DNA of 64,000 nucleotides from an uncultured bacterium. Its GTDB lineage: Bacteria > Omnitrophota > Omnitrophia > Omnitrophales > Aquincolibacteriaceae. Positions 19,440-28,428 of this stretch are shown one piece after another. Each line of letters opens with the position of its first letter. Position 1 is the first letter of the stretch. Where the stretch lies: contig CAZLTL010000002.1 of NCBI GenBank assembly GCA_964562525.1, positions 82,468 through 146,467 on the forward strand, read 5' to 3'. The notes beneath the pieces were generated by a model. That model saw only the letters and a list, made by a program, of their open reading frames with translations, did not search any database and had not been told where the DNA came from. The translations under genes were made by a program, and so were the position numbers.

Positions 19440-19530
19440 CTTAACCTTATTTATAGTAATAACTTACAATAATTAGCATCTATAGCATTTATAACAAACA
19501 TTGACAATTTATAGTGCTTCAGATACTTTA
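19440..19530. promoter_or_regulatory. AT-rich upstream region with three direct TnTATAG repeats and a TTGACA -35-like hexamer, upstream of the excisionase-family HTH gene
   Basis: tttatagtaat (about 19452), atctatagcat (about 19478), atttatagtgc (about 19507), spaced roughly 27-29 bp; TTGACA at about 19500. Confidence 0.3.
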
Positions 19531-19591
19531 TGTTGTGAGATCTAGCATAATCGATCATAGAACTAGCAATATGAAACAAGGAAGGTAGTTT

Positions 19592-19804
19592 ATGGACCAG
19601 AAACCGGAAGATCAGGGACAATTCCCAAGACGGGAAAGAACTCAGATTATGACGCCCAAAGAAGCGGCGAAATATCTGGGCTTCCATCTTGTGACCATTT
19701 ATCGTCTGTTGAAGAAGCAGGAAATTCCCGCTACAAAAATCGGCGGACAATGGCGTTTCAAGAAAGACATTTTGGATGAATGGTTGATGAGCCGCATGAA
19801 ATAA
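19592..19804 (+). CDS. Excisionase-family (MerR-like) helix-turn-helix DNA-binding protein
   Basis: ..MTPKEAAKYLGFHLVTIYRLLKKQEIPATKIGGQWRFKKDILDEWL.. matches the excisionase-family HTH; SD AAGGAAGG; preceded by a 380 bp AT-rich region with direct repeats. Confidence 0.6.
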   Translation: MDQKPEDQGQFPRRERTQIMTPKEAAKYLGFHLVTIYRLLKKQEIPATKIGGQWRFKKDILDEWLMSRMK

Positions 19805-19840
19805 ACAAACCGGAGGTGCTTGATGCAGTCCGTTGAGTCT

Positions 19841-20740
19841 TTATGGTTTGCGGAGAGCAGAAGTTCGCGCCGTTATGTTTGTTTCGGCTTTGATGGAAAC
19901 TTCTATTGGCATCTCAAAAAATCCGCGTTTTAACCAGCCGAGGCCGACCATTTTTTTAAGAAATGGAGAATAGGTCCGGCTGGTCAAGCGGCCGATTTCA
20001 GCGCCGCTCTGAATATCTAAAATCATCGCGCCGTTTTCAGGAGATTTTTCTGCGTCCCACTCCAATCTGACAAAAGAGCGGTTCAGCCTTTTGTAAGTTT
20101 CAATTTTCGCGACAACTTCTTGTCCCGGATAGCAGCCCTTAGTTTCGCTGGCCGCGATTTTTTCCAAAAGTGTTTCTGAAAGCATGATGCTTTCGTCAAA
20201 ATCTTTTCCGTAAGCGAGCATTCCGTTTTCAATCCGCAGCATTTCACGCGCATTCTCCGTTCCCATGCCTGCTCCAGCCGGAATTTTTTCTGATGCGGGC
20301 ACTAAGACACGGGCGCACTTCAAATGTTTTTGCCGGCCGATTTGAGCCGAGGCGCCGAGCCGATTTAGAAAATCTTCCTTCTTCGGTCCCCAAACTTCCA
20401 GCAATTGCCAATCTGCGGAGAGGTCATTTATTTGGACGTCTTCAGTAATAATATATCGGTCCAGTTTTTTAGAAATGATATCGGCTTGCCCCGCGACGCT
20501 TAAAAGCAAAATAGAATCCGCATTTTTAATCGCGGTCATATAAGCCGCGATGTGGCTTGTTGCGGTGAGCAGCGCTGCTTCGCGCCATTCGCCCAGGATC
20601 ATGCTTTCAATATCCTGCGACAAAATACTGTGTAAAAAAGAAACGGCATCCGAGCCCGAGACGCGCAGCAAACAAAAGTCTTTAATGGGAAAAATCAAAA
20701 CTTCCGGAGGAGTCATTTTGTCATGCGTAGAGTTATGCAT
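19841..20740 (-). CDS. ygfZ: Folate-binding YgfZ / aminomethyltransferase (GcvT)-like protein
   Basis: GcvT-fold features and ~300 aa length; overlaps mutY by 8 nt in an operon arrangement. Confidence 0.55.
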   Translation of the reverse strand: MHNSTHDKMTPPEVLIFPIKDFCLLRVSGSDAVSFLHSILSQDIESMILGEWREAALLTATSHIAAYMTAIKNADSILLLSVAGQADIISKKLDRYIITEDVQINDLSADWQLLEVWGPKKEDFLNRLGASAQIGRQKHLKCARVLVPASEKIPAGAGMGTENAREMLRIENGMLAYGKDFDESIMLSETLLEKIAASETKGCYPGQEVVAKIETYKRLNRSFVRLEWDAEKSPENGAMILDIQSGAEIGRLTSRTYSPFLKKMVGLGWLKRGFFEMPIEVSIKAETNITARTSALRKP

Positions 20741-21776
20741 TGCAGTTTAAAACCTCATCGATGATTTTTTGATAAACCGCGGGAAAAGCATAATTTTTAA
20801 TTTCTTTTTTTGTGATCCAGCAGGAGTCGGAGCGCGTTTTGAATGCTTTTGCCGAAACCGGCGCTTTAAATGAATGAAGTGTAATTTGATAACGGGTGAA
20901 TCCATGCTTGTGGCTGCGGAGTTTTTGAAGCGCCTCCGCTTTGACGTTGAGCTCGGACAAGCCTTTTTTCAGATTTGTGAAGTGCGGTAAAGTCCAAAGG
21001 CCTGCCCAGCGGTCGCCGTTCTTTTGTTTTTGAATCAAAATCCGCTCTCGCGCATCAACCGGCGCCAACGCGTAAAAAATCTGTTTGGTTATTTTTGTTG
21101 CCGGTGTTTTAACGGGAAAGCATTCCTGCTTATTCCGGCGGCGCGCTTCGCAGGTAAAAGAAACCGGGCATTTTCCGCAATCTGGATTTTTAGGAAAACA
21201 AACCGTGGCACCCAATTCCATAAGCGCTTGGTTAAAGTCGCCGATATTTTTTTCAGGGAGCAGGCTTTCAGCTTTTTCCCAAAGATTTTCCACCGTGGTT
21301 TTAAGCGCGGTGTTTTCTTGAATCGCGAAAAGACGAGTCAGAATTCGAATGACATTACCATCCAGTACGGGCTTCTTTTTTTCAAATGCAATGCTGGCGA
21401 CCGCGCCTGCGGTGTAGCGACCGATGCCCGGCAAGTTCAGCAGAGACTGAAAATCGGAAGGTAGCTTTCCGCCTTGTTCGCGGCAAACGGCTTGCGCGTT
21501 AAGCCGCAGCATTTTTGCGCGGCGGTAATAACCCAGACCTTGCCATTGTTTTAAAACTTCACCCTCGCTTGCGGAGGCCAGCGTCTCAAAATCAGGGAAT
21601 TGTCTCAGCCAGCGCTCGTAATAAGGGATGACGGTGTCTACCTGAGTTTGCTGGAGCATGATTTCCGAAACCAAGATGGCGTAAGGATCGCGTGTGCGGC
21701 GCCAAGGCAAGTCGCGCTTGGAGCGCTGATACCAGGCTTGAAGTGCGGACCTGAATTTTTTAATTTGAAACGGCAT
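20733..21776 (-). CDS. mutY: A/G-specific adenine DNA glycosylase
   Basis: ..WYQRSKRDLPWRRTRDPYAILVSEIMLQQTQV.. HhH-GPD with ..LPGIGRYTAGA.., a 4Fe-4S Cys cluster (C-x6-C-x2-C-x5-C) and a C-terminal NUDIX-like domain. Confidence 0.85.
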   Translation of the reverse strand: MPFQIKKFRSALQAWYQRSKRDLPWRRTRDPYAILVSEIMLQQTQVDTVIPYYERWLRQFPDFETLASASEGEVLKQWQGLGYYRRAKMLRLNAQAVCREQGGKLPSDFQSLLNLPGIGRYTAGAVASIAFEKKKPVLDGNVIRILTRLFAIQENTALKTTVENLWEKAESLLPEKNIGDFNQALMELGATVCFPKNPDCGKCPVSFTCEARRRNKQECFPVKTPATKITKQIFYALAPVDARERILIQKQKNGDRWAGLWTLPHFTNLKKGLSELNVKAEALQKLRSHKHGFTRYQITLHSFKAPVSAKAFKTRSDSCWITKKEIKNYAFPAVYQKIIDEVLNCNA

Positions 21777-21881
21777 AGATGCTTTATCCTGAGTTGGCTA
21801 TATAATACGCGTTCATCGGGTCCGCGCAAATCAAACAAAAGAGATTGTTTTGCTGTTTGAATAAGTAAAAAAAGGAATGAG

Positions 21882-22295
21882 ATGAAGGCTTGGATTCAAA
21901 GTAAAAATGGGATGATGGCAGCTGCGGTATGCGCGATTGCCTTTCTGCTTTTGATTTCACATTTTTTTGGCGGTTTTTCACCTTCCGCTGTGCGTGTTCT
22001 GGATACGCGCATTTCATTTCGATTTACCGCCTACGAAGACAAGGAAGAGCATTTTATTGCTTACTCGCTTGAAAACACCAAGAAAAGAAAAGTCAAAGCC
22101 GCGGTCCGGGTTCAATTGGGCGCCAATGGGGTGGCCGGCTTTTTCCAGCCCTTGAAAGATATGCGCGATGCGGCTGTTTTAGAGCCGCTTGAGACAAAAG
22201 CGTTTGTGACCAAAATCGAGCTTCCAAAATCAAAAGTTCCCAAGAATAAAGATTTGAGCGCGAAAGTGAAAGTGAAGCGGGTTTCCCGCGCCTAG
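21882..22295 (+). CDS. Hypothetical secreted protein
   Basis: N-terminal hydrophobic signal-like segment; first gene of three consecutive or overlapping exported-protein ORFs. Confidence 0.45.
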   Translation: MKAWIQSKNGMMAAAVCAIAFLLLISHFFGGFSPSAVRVLDTRISFRFTAYEDKEEHFIAYSLENTKKRKVKAAVRVQLGANGVAGFFQPLKDMRDAAVLEPLETKAFVTKIELPKSKVPKNKDLSAKVKVKRVSRA

Positions 22296-22300
22296 AATTT

Positions 22301-22885
22301 GTGAAAAAATCTCTCCTCTTTTGGATTTTGGTTTGTTCTCTGCAGGTGGGCTGCGCCGCGATTTACGGCTGGAATATTCACGCGCCCGGACTTTTATCCG
22401 ATGAATTTGCGCGCGATATTCCGCAAGTTTCAAAGCGTGTCGCGCTTTATATTCCCGAAGGCCAAAAAGAATTTATCTCCAAAGACAAAGGGACGTTTTG
22501 GTCGGATCCGCAAACCTATTACATCGGCGAGGCCTTTGTCCCGATGCTGATCGAGTCTTTTCAAAGCGGCTTCACAGAATTTATTTTAATGGAGGCTTTG
22601 CCCAATCCCGACATCATGAATCAGTACGCGATTGATGCCGTGGTGGTTTCCGAAATCAAAGATTTTTCAAACCGTAAAACTTTACCTGCGCAAGGGCTTG
22701 ATATTTATACGGAAACAACGGTGTTTAACCGTGATTTAAAACTCATTCGCCGCTTTGAAACTCGCGGCACCAGCGAAGCGAAAGGAACATTCGCCAAAAA
22801 AGGCGGATTGGAAGTAAATCTCAATGCTGCGATTGAAGGAAACCTGCGTGAAACCGTCTTACAGGTGCAGGAGGCAATTAAATGA
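22301..22885 (+). CDS. Hypothetical lipoprotein
   Basis: Signal peptide with lipobox ..LQVGC|AAIYG; 4-nt overlap with the next ORF. Confidence 0.5.
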   Translation: MKKSLLFWILVCSLQVGCAAIYGWNIHAPGLLSDEFARDIPQVSKRVALYIPEGQKEFISKDKGTFWSDPQTYYIGEAFVPMLIESFQSGFTEFILMEALPNPDIMNQYAIDAVVVSEIKDFSNRKTLPAQGLDIYTETTVFNRDLKLIRRFETRGTSEAKGTFAKKGGLEVNLNAAIEGNLRETVLQVQEAIK

Positions 22886-23526
22886 AGTACGGAGACCAGC
22901 GGCCGGAGGCCAGAGGGTTGTTAGTTTTAAGTTTAATTCTTTGTTTTTCTCTCGGCGCACCGGCCTCCGGCCTCCAGCCCGTGTTTGCCAATGAAGTTTT
23001 GAATTCGCAGGAAATAGCCATGCCGTCTTCCGGTGCCGCTGTCATGGTTCGCGAAAACTCCAAAACCGGCACGCCTTATATCGTGATCACGGATCCCAAA
23101 GCTCCTCGATCTGATTTGGCCTCGCTTGATTCCAACAAATATCGCCGACCCGATTACCGCATGCTCGAAAAAAACGTGACCGCGAAAGATGTCGGGTATG
23201 ACGGTCCGTATAGTTCCAAGAAGAAAATATATATTCTCGCCGCAAGTTTGGCGGTTGCCGGAGCTGGAGCGGCGATCGCGGCGCCTGCGATTGCGCCTGC
23301 CGCGGCCGCAACCGGAGCTGTGGGAAGTGCCGCAGGTCCTGCCGTTGCAGCTGTTGGCGCAGGATCGGCATTAGCCGTAGCGGCAAAAAAATATCAGGAT
23401 CATTTCGAAAACCTGCCCGACGATTACAGCCGTGAATCGGAATCAAAAATCATCGAGACGGAAACGGACTTTTATCAAATGTATGTATCAAAGGTCGATA
23501 GGCGACCTTTTCAAAATCAGAACTGA
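22882..23526 (+). CDS. Hypothetical secreted protein with an Ala/Gly-rich low-complexity segment
   Basis: Signal peptide; ..AASLAVAGAGAAIAAPAIAPAAAATGAVGSAAGPAVAAVGAGSALAVAA.. Confidence 0.45.
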   Translation: MKYGDQRPEARGLLVLSLILCFSLGAPASGLQPVFANEVLNSQEIAMPSSGAAVMVRENSKTGTPYIVITDPKAPRSDLASLDSNKYRRPDYRMLEKNVTAKDVGYDGPYSSKKKIYILAASLAVAGAGAAIAAPAIAPAAAATGAVGSAAGPAVAAVGAGSALAVAAKKYQDHFENLPDDYSRESESKIIETETDFYQMYVSKVDRRPFQNQN

Positions 23527-23625
23527 TAAATCAGAAATCAAAACCATAGCCCAAAGCCTTTTAGATATTTGTAAAATCTTGGAGCCTTTAAGTTATGGTT
23601 CTGATCTTTGATTTTTAAACTATGA
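23525..23625. repeat. Repeat family A (palindromic REP/MITE-like element, about 100 bp), copy A1
   Basis: Arms ..AAATCAGAAATCAAAACCATAG.. and ..CTTTAAGTTATGGTTCTGATCTTTGATTT.. are inverted repeats; shared with A2-A5. Confidence 0.7.
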
Positions 23626-23634
23626 GTTATCTTT

Positions 23635-24489
23635 GTGCCTGAACTTCCCGAAGTCGAAACCATCAAAAATGATTTAGTGCGCGCCGGGCTTTGCGCGCGG
23701 ACGGTCGCCACAGCGGATATTTTTTGGCACCGTACATTGGCGCGTCCTTCCGCTGTTGAATTTCAAAAGCAAATCAAAAGCATGAGAATTGAAAAGCTTT
23801 CCCGCCGCGGCAAGTATTTGATATTGGAGTTGATGTCTCGCGGGCCTCAGGGCTCCGGCCGCCGGCCTGCGTTTTTAATTATGCACTTGAGGATGAGCGG
23901 ACGCATCGATTTAAAAGAAGCCGGTTTTGTTCCTCGTACGCATGATCGCGCACGGCTTGTCTTGGATGACGGAAGCCAACTCGTATTTCATGATACGCGC
24001 AAATTTGGACGCTGGTATTTTGTGGATGATGCCGAAAAAATTGTCGGCAAGCTCGGCATCGAACCGCTCGATAAGAATTTTACGGTCGGGTGGCTGGCTG
24101 AAAAAATAAAAAGCAAAAGCCGTGCTTTAAAACCGCTTTTGCTTGATCAGTCTTTTGTCGCGGGAATCGGCAACATCTATGCCGACGAGGCGCTTTGGTA
24201 TGCGAAGCTGCATCCCGAAACCAATTCGGCCAAATTAAAGGCGGAAGAAATTAAAGCGTTGCACGCGGGAATTGTAAAAGCGATTGAGTTGGGCATTCGC
24301 AACGCAGGAACTTCCATGGGAGTCGGCAAGGCTAACTTTTATAGCGTGGGTGGGAAGCGCGGGGGTAATCAAGAAAAGCTGAAAGTGTTTCGGCGAACCG
24401 GCGAAAAATGTCCGCGGTGTCATGCTAAAATTGTGCGCATTGTGGTGGGGCAGCGAAGCACGCATCTTTGTCCGAAATGCCAAAAATAG
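23635..24489 (+). CDS. mutM: Formamidopyrimidine-DNA glycosylase
   Basis: N-terminal PELPEVE with catalytic Pro2/Glu3 (GTG start), H2TH region, C-terminal zinc finger CPRCHAKI..THLCPKCQ. Confidence 0.85.
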   Translation: MPELPEVETIKNDLVRAGLCARTVATADIFWHRTLARPSAVEFQKQIKSMRIEKLSRRGKYLILELMSRGPQGSGRRPAFLIMHLRMSGRIDLKEAGFVPRTHDRARLVLDDGSQLVFHDTRKFGRWYFVDDAEKIVGKLGIEPLDKNFTVGWLAEKIKSKSRALKPLLLDQSFVAGIGNIYADEALWYAKLHPETNSAKLKAEEIKALHAGIVKAIELGIRNAGTSMGVGKANFYSVGGKRGGNQEKLKVFRRTGEKCPRCHAKIVRIVVGQRSTHLCPKCQK

Positions 24490-24497
24490 ATCAAAAT

Positions 24498-24600
24498 GCA
24501 TAAATCAGAAAGCAGAGCTATAGATTAAAACCGTTCGGATTTTCGAAAATCTTTGAATTTTAAGTTATGGTTCTGATTTCTGATCTTTGAACTCTGATCT
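24498..24600. repeat. Repeat family A, copy A2 (3' of mutM)
   Basis: ..ATAAATCAGAAAGCAGAGCTATAGATTAAAACC...TTTTAAGTTATGGTTCTGATTTCTGATCTTTGA.. Confidence 0.7.
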
Positions 24601-24615
24601 AAAACAGGGGGGATA

Positions 24616-25020
24616 ATGGAACAGCATTTTAAGAAAGCGCGCAAAATCACTTTCGGCATGATGATTAGTCTCGTGACTATGGGGTTGGTCGTGTTGCTCC
24701 TTTCCGGCGCGCGCGGTTATGGCGGTTCCTCTGAAGCAAAGATGAACTTTTTCAGGCTTATCCTTTTTGTTTTTGCTTTTGCTCAAATCGCCATGGCCGG
24801 AGCGATTTATGCCGGCGCGACGCGTCTGAAGACGTCTGTGAATGCCGGCAAAAAACTCGTTTCGCAAATCATTGCCTGCGCGCTTTGTGAATCGGTAGGT
24901 GTTTTTGGTTTTGCTCTCGCGATCATGACAAAAGCCTTTACAGACTATGCTATGTTCGCCGTGATCGCCTTGGCTGCCTTGCTATTTTATTTTCCCAAAG
25001 AAAAAGATTGGAAGGATTGA
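24616..25020 (+). CDS. Hypothetical small membrane protein
   Basis: Three or four TM helices; no recognisable family. Confidence 0.45.
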   Translation: MEQHFKKARKITFGMMISLVTMGLVVLLLSGARGYGGSSEAKMNFFRLILFVFAFAQIAMAGAIYAGATRLKTSVNAGKKLVSQIIACALCESVGVFGFALAIMTKAFTDYAMFAVIALAALLFYFPKEKDWKD

Positions 25021-25340
25021 TGATGTCTCAAATATTTGTGCTCGCGTTCGCTCAAGCTAAGCCCGGCTGTTCCGAAAAACTCGAAAAAGCTTTCCGCACG
25101 GCCATGCCGCCGACGCATGCCGAGCCGGGCTGTATCAAGTACGCGCTGCAGCAATCGCAGGAAAATAAAAGCGAATTTGTCATGGTGGAAAAATGGTCTT
25201 CAAAAGAAGCTCTCGACAATCACCTTAAAACACCGCATATTCAGGCGCTTTTTAAACAGCTGCCCGACTTACTTGCCGCGCCGATCCGCATTCAGGTGCT
25301 GGACTCGATTCAAGAGGGTTCGCCTGAAAAGCTGATCTGA
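25020..25340 (+). CDS. Antibiotic-biosynthesis-monooxygenase (ABM) domain protein
   Basis: ~100 aa ferredoxin-like ABM pattern (..FVLAFAQAKPG..KYALQQSQEN..FVMVEKWSSKEALDNHLKTPH..); ATGATG start overlaps the previous stop. Confidence 0.55.
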   Translation: MMSQIFVLAFAQAKPGCSEKLEKAFRTAMPPTHAEPGCIKYALQQSQENKSEFVMVEKWSSKEALDNHLKTPHIQALFKQLPDLLAAPIRIQVLDSIQEGSPEKLI

Positions 25341-25447
25341 AAGCAGAGCAGAGTTCAAAGATCAGAAATCAAAACCACAGATCAAAGCTTTTGAGACGTT
25401 TGAAATCTTTGAGCTTTAAGTTATGGTTCTGATTTTTAAGTTTTAAA
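25341..25447. repeat. Repeat family A, copy A3 (3' of the ABM gene)
   Basis: ..CAAAGATCAGAAATCAAAACCACAGATCAAAG...CTTTAAGTTATGGTTCTGATTTTTAAG.. Confidence 0.7.
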
Positions 25448-25464
25448 TTATTAACTAGGATTTT

Positions 25465-27396
25465 ATGGCGCTTATTAGTTTGCAGGGCGTTTCGCTTGCG
25501 TTCGGCGGCCCAAAATTGTTCGATGAAATGACGCTTCAAATCGAACTTGGTGAGCGCGTCGCTTTGCTTGGACGTAACGGTACGGGAAAAACCACGCTCA
25601 TGCGCGTGATCGCGCGCGAAATTTCATTGAACGAAGGTTCGGTTGTTTATCAGAAGAACAGCCGCGTGGCGTATCTTCCGCAGGAAGTGCCGGTCGATCT
25701 CGAAGGCACGGTTTTTGAAGTAGTCATCTCCGGCATGGGCGACCAGGTGAAATTGATCCGTGATTACCATCATGTGGCGCATCTGCTGCAAACCGAATAC
25801 AGCGAACAGCTCATGAAACGGCTCGACACTTTGCAGTCCGAAATGGACCGCACCAATGGCTGGGAAATTAACCAGCAAGTGGAACAAGTTGTCGCGCAAG
25901 TTCGGCTCGATCCTGAAAGTGACTTTAAAACTTTATCCGGCGGACAAAAGCGACGCGCTCTTTTAGCCAAAGCGCTTGTTTTAAAACCCGATTGTTTGTT
26001 GCTCGACGAACCGACCAACCATTTGGATATTGAATCCATCGACTGGCTCGAAGCTTTTTTGAAAGAATTCAAAGGCACCATTATTTTCGTCACTCATGAC
26101 CGTATGTTTATGACGCGGCTCGCCACTAAAATTGTGGAGCTCGACCGAGGTAAACTTTTCAGCTGGTCTTGCGATTACCCGACTTTTCTTGAGCGTAAAC
26201 AAATGGCCCTTGATGCCGAAGCCGCCGAGGGCGCGCGCTTTGATAAAAAGCTGGCGCAAGAAGAAGTTTGGATTCGTCAGGGAATTAAAGCCCGCCGCAC
26301 CCGTAACGAAGGCCGCGTGCGCGAACTTGAAAAATTGCGTTTGCAGAAAAAAGCTCAACGCAAACAAATCGGCAAAGTCAAAATGCAGGCACAGGAAGCG
26401 GATGTTTCAGGGCAGGTGGTGACGAAGGCCGATCATATTTACCAGGCTTACGGCGATAAGAATCTGATCGAAAATTTTTCAACGCGCATTATGCGCGGCG
26501 ATAAAATCGGCATCATCGGCCCCAACGGCTGCGGAAAAACCACTTTGCTTAAAATCTTGCTCGGACAAATGCCTCCGCAAAAAGGCACGGTGCATTTGGG
26601 CACGAACTTGCAAGTGGCGTATTACGATCAGCTGCGCGAAGAGCTGGATGGAGAAAAAACCGTCATGCAAAACGTCGCCGATGAAGGCGACTTTGTGCAC
26701 ATCAACGGCAAGGCGCGTCACGCCATGGGCTATTTGATGGATTTTCTTTTTTCTCCCGAGCGCGCGCGCACTCCCGCGAAAGTTTTATCGGGCGGCGAAC
26801 GTAACCGTCTTTTTCTTGCGCGCCTTTTTACTAAGCCTTGCAATACTTTGGTGATGGACGAACCCACCAACGATCTCGACATTGAAACCTTAGAATTGCT
26901 CGAAGAACTTTTGATCGAATTTTCAGGTACGGTGATTGTCGTCAGCCATGACCGCGAATTTTTAAACAAAGTGGTTACTTCAACCATTGTGTTGGACGGT
27001 AAAGGCAAAATCGAAGAATACATCGGCGGCTATGATGATTGGGTGCGCCAGCACAACTCCAAAGCCGAAACGGTTCAGCAGCAAATCGAACACGAAGAAG
27101 AGGATGAGCCCCAGCCTAAGAAAAAAGAGCCTGAGCCTGAGAAAAAAACCGCAGTTAAAAAAATGACCATGGGGGAGAAGCTCGAGCTCGAAAAACTTCC
27201 CGCGCAGATCGATAAGCTGGAAACTGAGCAAAAAGAAATTTATCTGCGCATGGCCGACCCCATGTTTCGCCATGGTAAGGCGGAGGAGATTGCCCAAATC
27301 AAACAGCGCCTCAAAGACATCGCCGAAGAGCTTAAGACGGCTTATGCCCGCTGGGAAGTTTTGCTTGAGAAAGAAAAAGAATCTCCCAAAAAATAA
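25465..27396 (+). CDS. uup: ABC-F family ATPase (Uup/YheS-like, two ABC domains, no TMD)
   Basis: Two Walker A motifs (GRNGTGKTT; GPNGCGKTT), two LSGGQ/LSGGE signatures, a linker and a charged coiled-coil C-terminus. Confidence 0.85.
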   Translation: MALISLQGVSLAFGGPKLFDEMTLQIELGERVALLGRNGTGKTTLMRVIAREISLNEGSVVYQKNSRVAYLPQEVPVDLEGTVFEVVISGMGDQVKLIRDYHHVAHLLQTEYSEQLMKRLDTLQSEMDRTNGWEINQQVEQVVAQVRLDPESDFKTLSGGQKRRALLAKALVLKPDCLLLDEPTNHLDIESIDWLEAFLKEFKGTIIFVTHDRMFMTRLATKIVELDRGKLFSWSCDYPTFLERKQMALDAEAAEGARFDKKLAQEEVWIRQGIKARRTRNEGRVRELEKLRLQKKAQRKQIGKVKMQAQEADVSGQVVTKADHIYQAYGDKNLIENFSTRIMRGDKIGIIGPNGCGKTTLLKILLGQMPPQKGTVHLGTNLQVAYYDQLREELDGEKTVMQNVADEGDFVHINGKARHAMGYLMDFLFSPERARTPAKVLSGGERNRLFLARLFTKPCNTLVMDEPTNDLDIETLELLEELLIEFSGTVIVVSHDREFLNKVVTSTIVLDGKGKIEEYIGGYDDWVRQHNSKAETVQQQIEHEEEDEPQPKKKEPEPEKKTAVKKMTMGEKLELEKLPAQIDKLETEQKEIYLRMADPMFRHGKAEEIAQIKQRLKDIAEELKTAYARWEVLLEKEKESPKK

Positions 27397-27839
27397 GCTC
27401 TGAATAAGATCCCGAATCTAAGGAAACAGATCCGGAATTTGTGCCGGTTCCGGGCTTTTGCAACCGCCTTCGCTTCTTTGTCTTTAAAATAAATTTGCTT
27501 TCCCCCTTGAATATGGGGATAGATCGTGCACCCTTTAATCATAGGCACGATTTTGAAGCTGTACTCAAAGGAGGCCATATGAACGAAGATTGGGATATCG
27601 AATAACAGCATTCCGCTAAACTGATATTTCGCTTGCTCTGATGGTCTGCGACCACAGGCAGTACTCGCTTCGCTGTTAAATACCGCGGAAGCATAAGCAA
27701 ACCCCTGACCGCGCGCATGCCTTTGTATTACCCCGATCGATGATTTAGCCTCCCTCTGAAAAAGCATATCCCCGCTATAAGCCCTTTGTCCGCGCGCTCA
27801 AAATGGATTCATTGAAATAGATGAACCAAGCGAGGCGTT

Positions 27840-28115
27840 ATGAAAAAATATTTGTTTGTAAGTACTGTCGTTGTTCTTGTTTTAATTTTTAGCGCTCCTG
27901 TTTTTGCTTATTCGGTTTCGGTTCAAGCCAAACTTCAAAATACGTGGGAACAAAAAGGTTCGCTTTGGGATGGAGCGGCGCTTCTGTTTTCGAATTTCAA
28001 AGCCGGCCAAAATAAAAATGCGGGCGTTGCTAAAGTGACGCGGCCGGTTGTGGTGCAGGAGCCGGAGTGGAGTCAGCAGTTGAATTCGATGCGTGCGTTT
28101 GCAACATCAGCTTAA
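27840..28115 (+). CDS. Small hypothetical secreted protein
   Basis: Signal peptide MKKYLFVSTVVVLVLIFSAPVFA; 91 aa; followed by a hairpin plus T-run inside repeat family D. Confidence 0.4.
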   Translation: MKKYLFVSTVVVLVLIFSAPVFAYSVSVQAKLQNTWEQKGSLWDGAALLFSNFKAGQNKNAGVAKVTRPVVVQEPEWSQQLNSMRAFATSA

Positions 28116-28119
28116 TTTG

Positions 28120-28200
28120 CTCAGTCGCCGCATGGCTTTTGTCCTCACCGCCGGACGGGCTAGCCGCTCCAAAGCCGCGGCTGGCTTCGGAAAGCCTTTT
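28120..28200. repeat. Repeat family D, copy D1
   Basis: CTCAGTCGCCGCATGGCTTTTGTCCTCACCGCCGGACGGGCTAGCCGCTCCAAAGCCGCGGCTGGCTTCGG; compare D2. Confidence 0.6.
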
Positions 28201-28202
28201 TT
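28176..28202 (+). terminator. Hairpin plus T-run inside repeat D1, after 27840..28115
   Basis: GGCTTCGGAAAGCC followed by TTTTTTG. Confidence 0.4.
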
Positions 28203-28213
28203 GCTACGGTATT

Positions 28214-28240
28214 TTTTGAACAAATGATTTTGTTCAAAAA
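28214..28240. repeat. Perfect 12-4-12 palindrome TTTTTGAACAAA-TGAT-TTTGTTCAAAAA
   Basis: Read directly; the arms resemble the family-B terminal inverted repeats (..GTTCAAAA..). Confidence 0.5.
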
Positions 28241-28329
28241 CACCTGTCGCTCAAGCGCCGATCTTTAAATAAAAGGGAATCGTTGATTTCCGCGATGCCG
28301 CAAAAAAGTGCTTTCCTGTATAAAGCAGA

Positions 28330-28402
28330 GGCGGTTGCCTTCGGCGTTTCCCGTCTTATTGCTTCCTCAGCTCGTGAATCTCGCTTCGGAAGCTGGCGCT
28401 TG
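28330..28402. repeat. Repeat family E, copy E1 (immediately upstream of arsR)
   Basis: ..TTGCCTTCGGCGTTTCCCGTCTTATTGCTTCCTCAGCTCGTGAATCTCGCTTCGG.. Confidence 0.65.
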
Positions 28403-28428
28403 ACTATATCTGCTTATGCAGATATAGT
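28403..28428. promoter_or_regulatory. Perfect palindrome ACTATATCTGC-TTAT-GCAGATATAGT abutting the arsR start; candidate ArsR operator
   Basis: 11-bp arms with a 4-bp spacer read directly; ArsR/SmtB repressors classically bind inverted repeats overlapping their own promoter. Confidence 0.5.

Noticed and set aside
19236-19750. Minus-strand ORFs (63 and 99 aa) in the AT-rich spacer and antisense to the HTH gene
   Set aside because: They are AT-rich low-complexity translations without SDs; the + strand HTH gene has a clear SD and family match.
27579-27605. 8-codon ORF MNEDWDIE with a perfect AAGGAGG
   Set aside because: It is too short to support as a gene without expression data. It is kept only as an observation in the findings, not as a feature.
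27342-27767. 141-aa minus-strand ORF overlapping the uup 3' end
   Set aside because: The overlapping portion is simply antisense of uup and the remainder lies in an intergenic gap; there is no SD and no recognisable domain. It is treated as spurious. The same applies to the many other minus-strand ORFs nested inside + strand genes in the track (for example 347..529, 5693..6028, 10358..10789, 13703..14311, 36589..37245, 40394..41005, 52870..53925).
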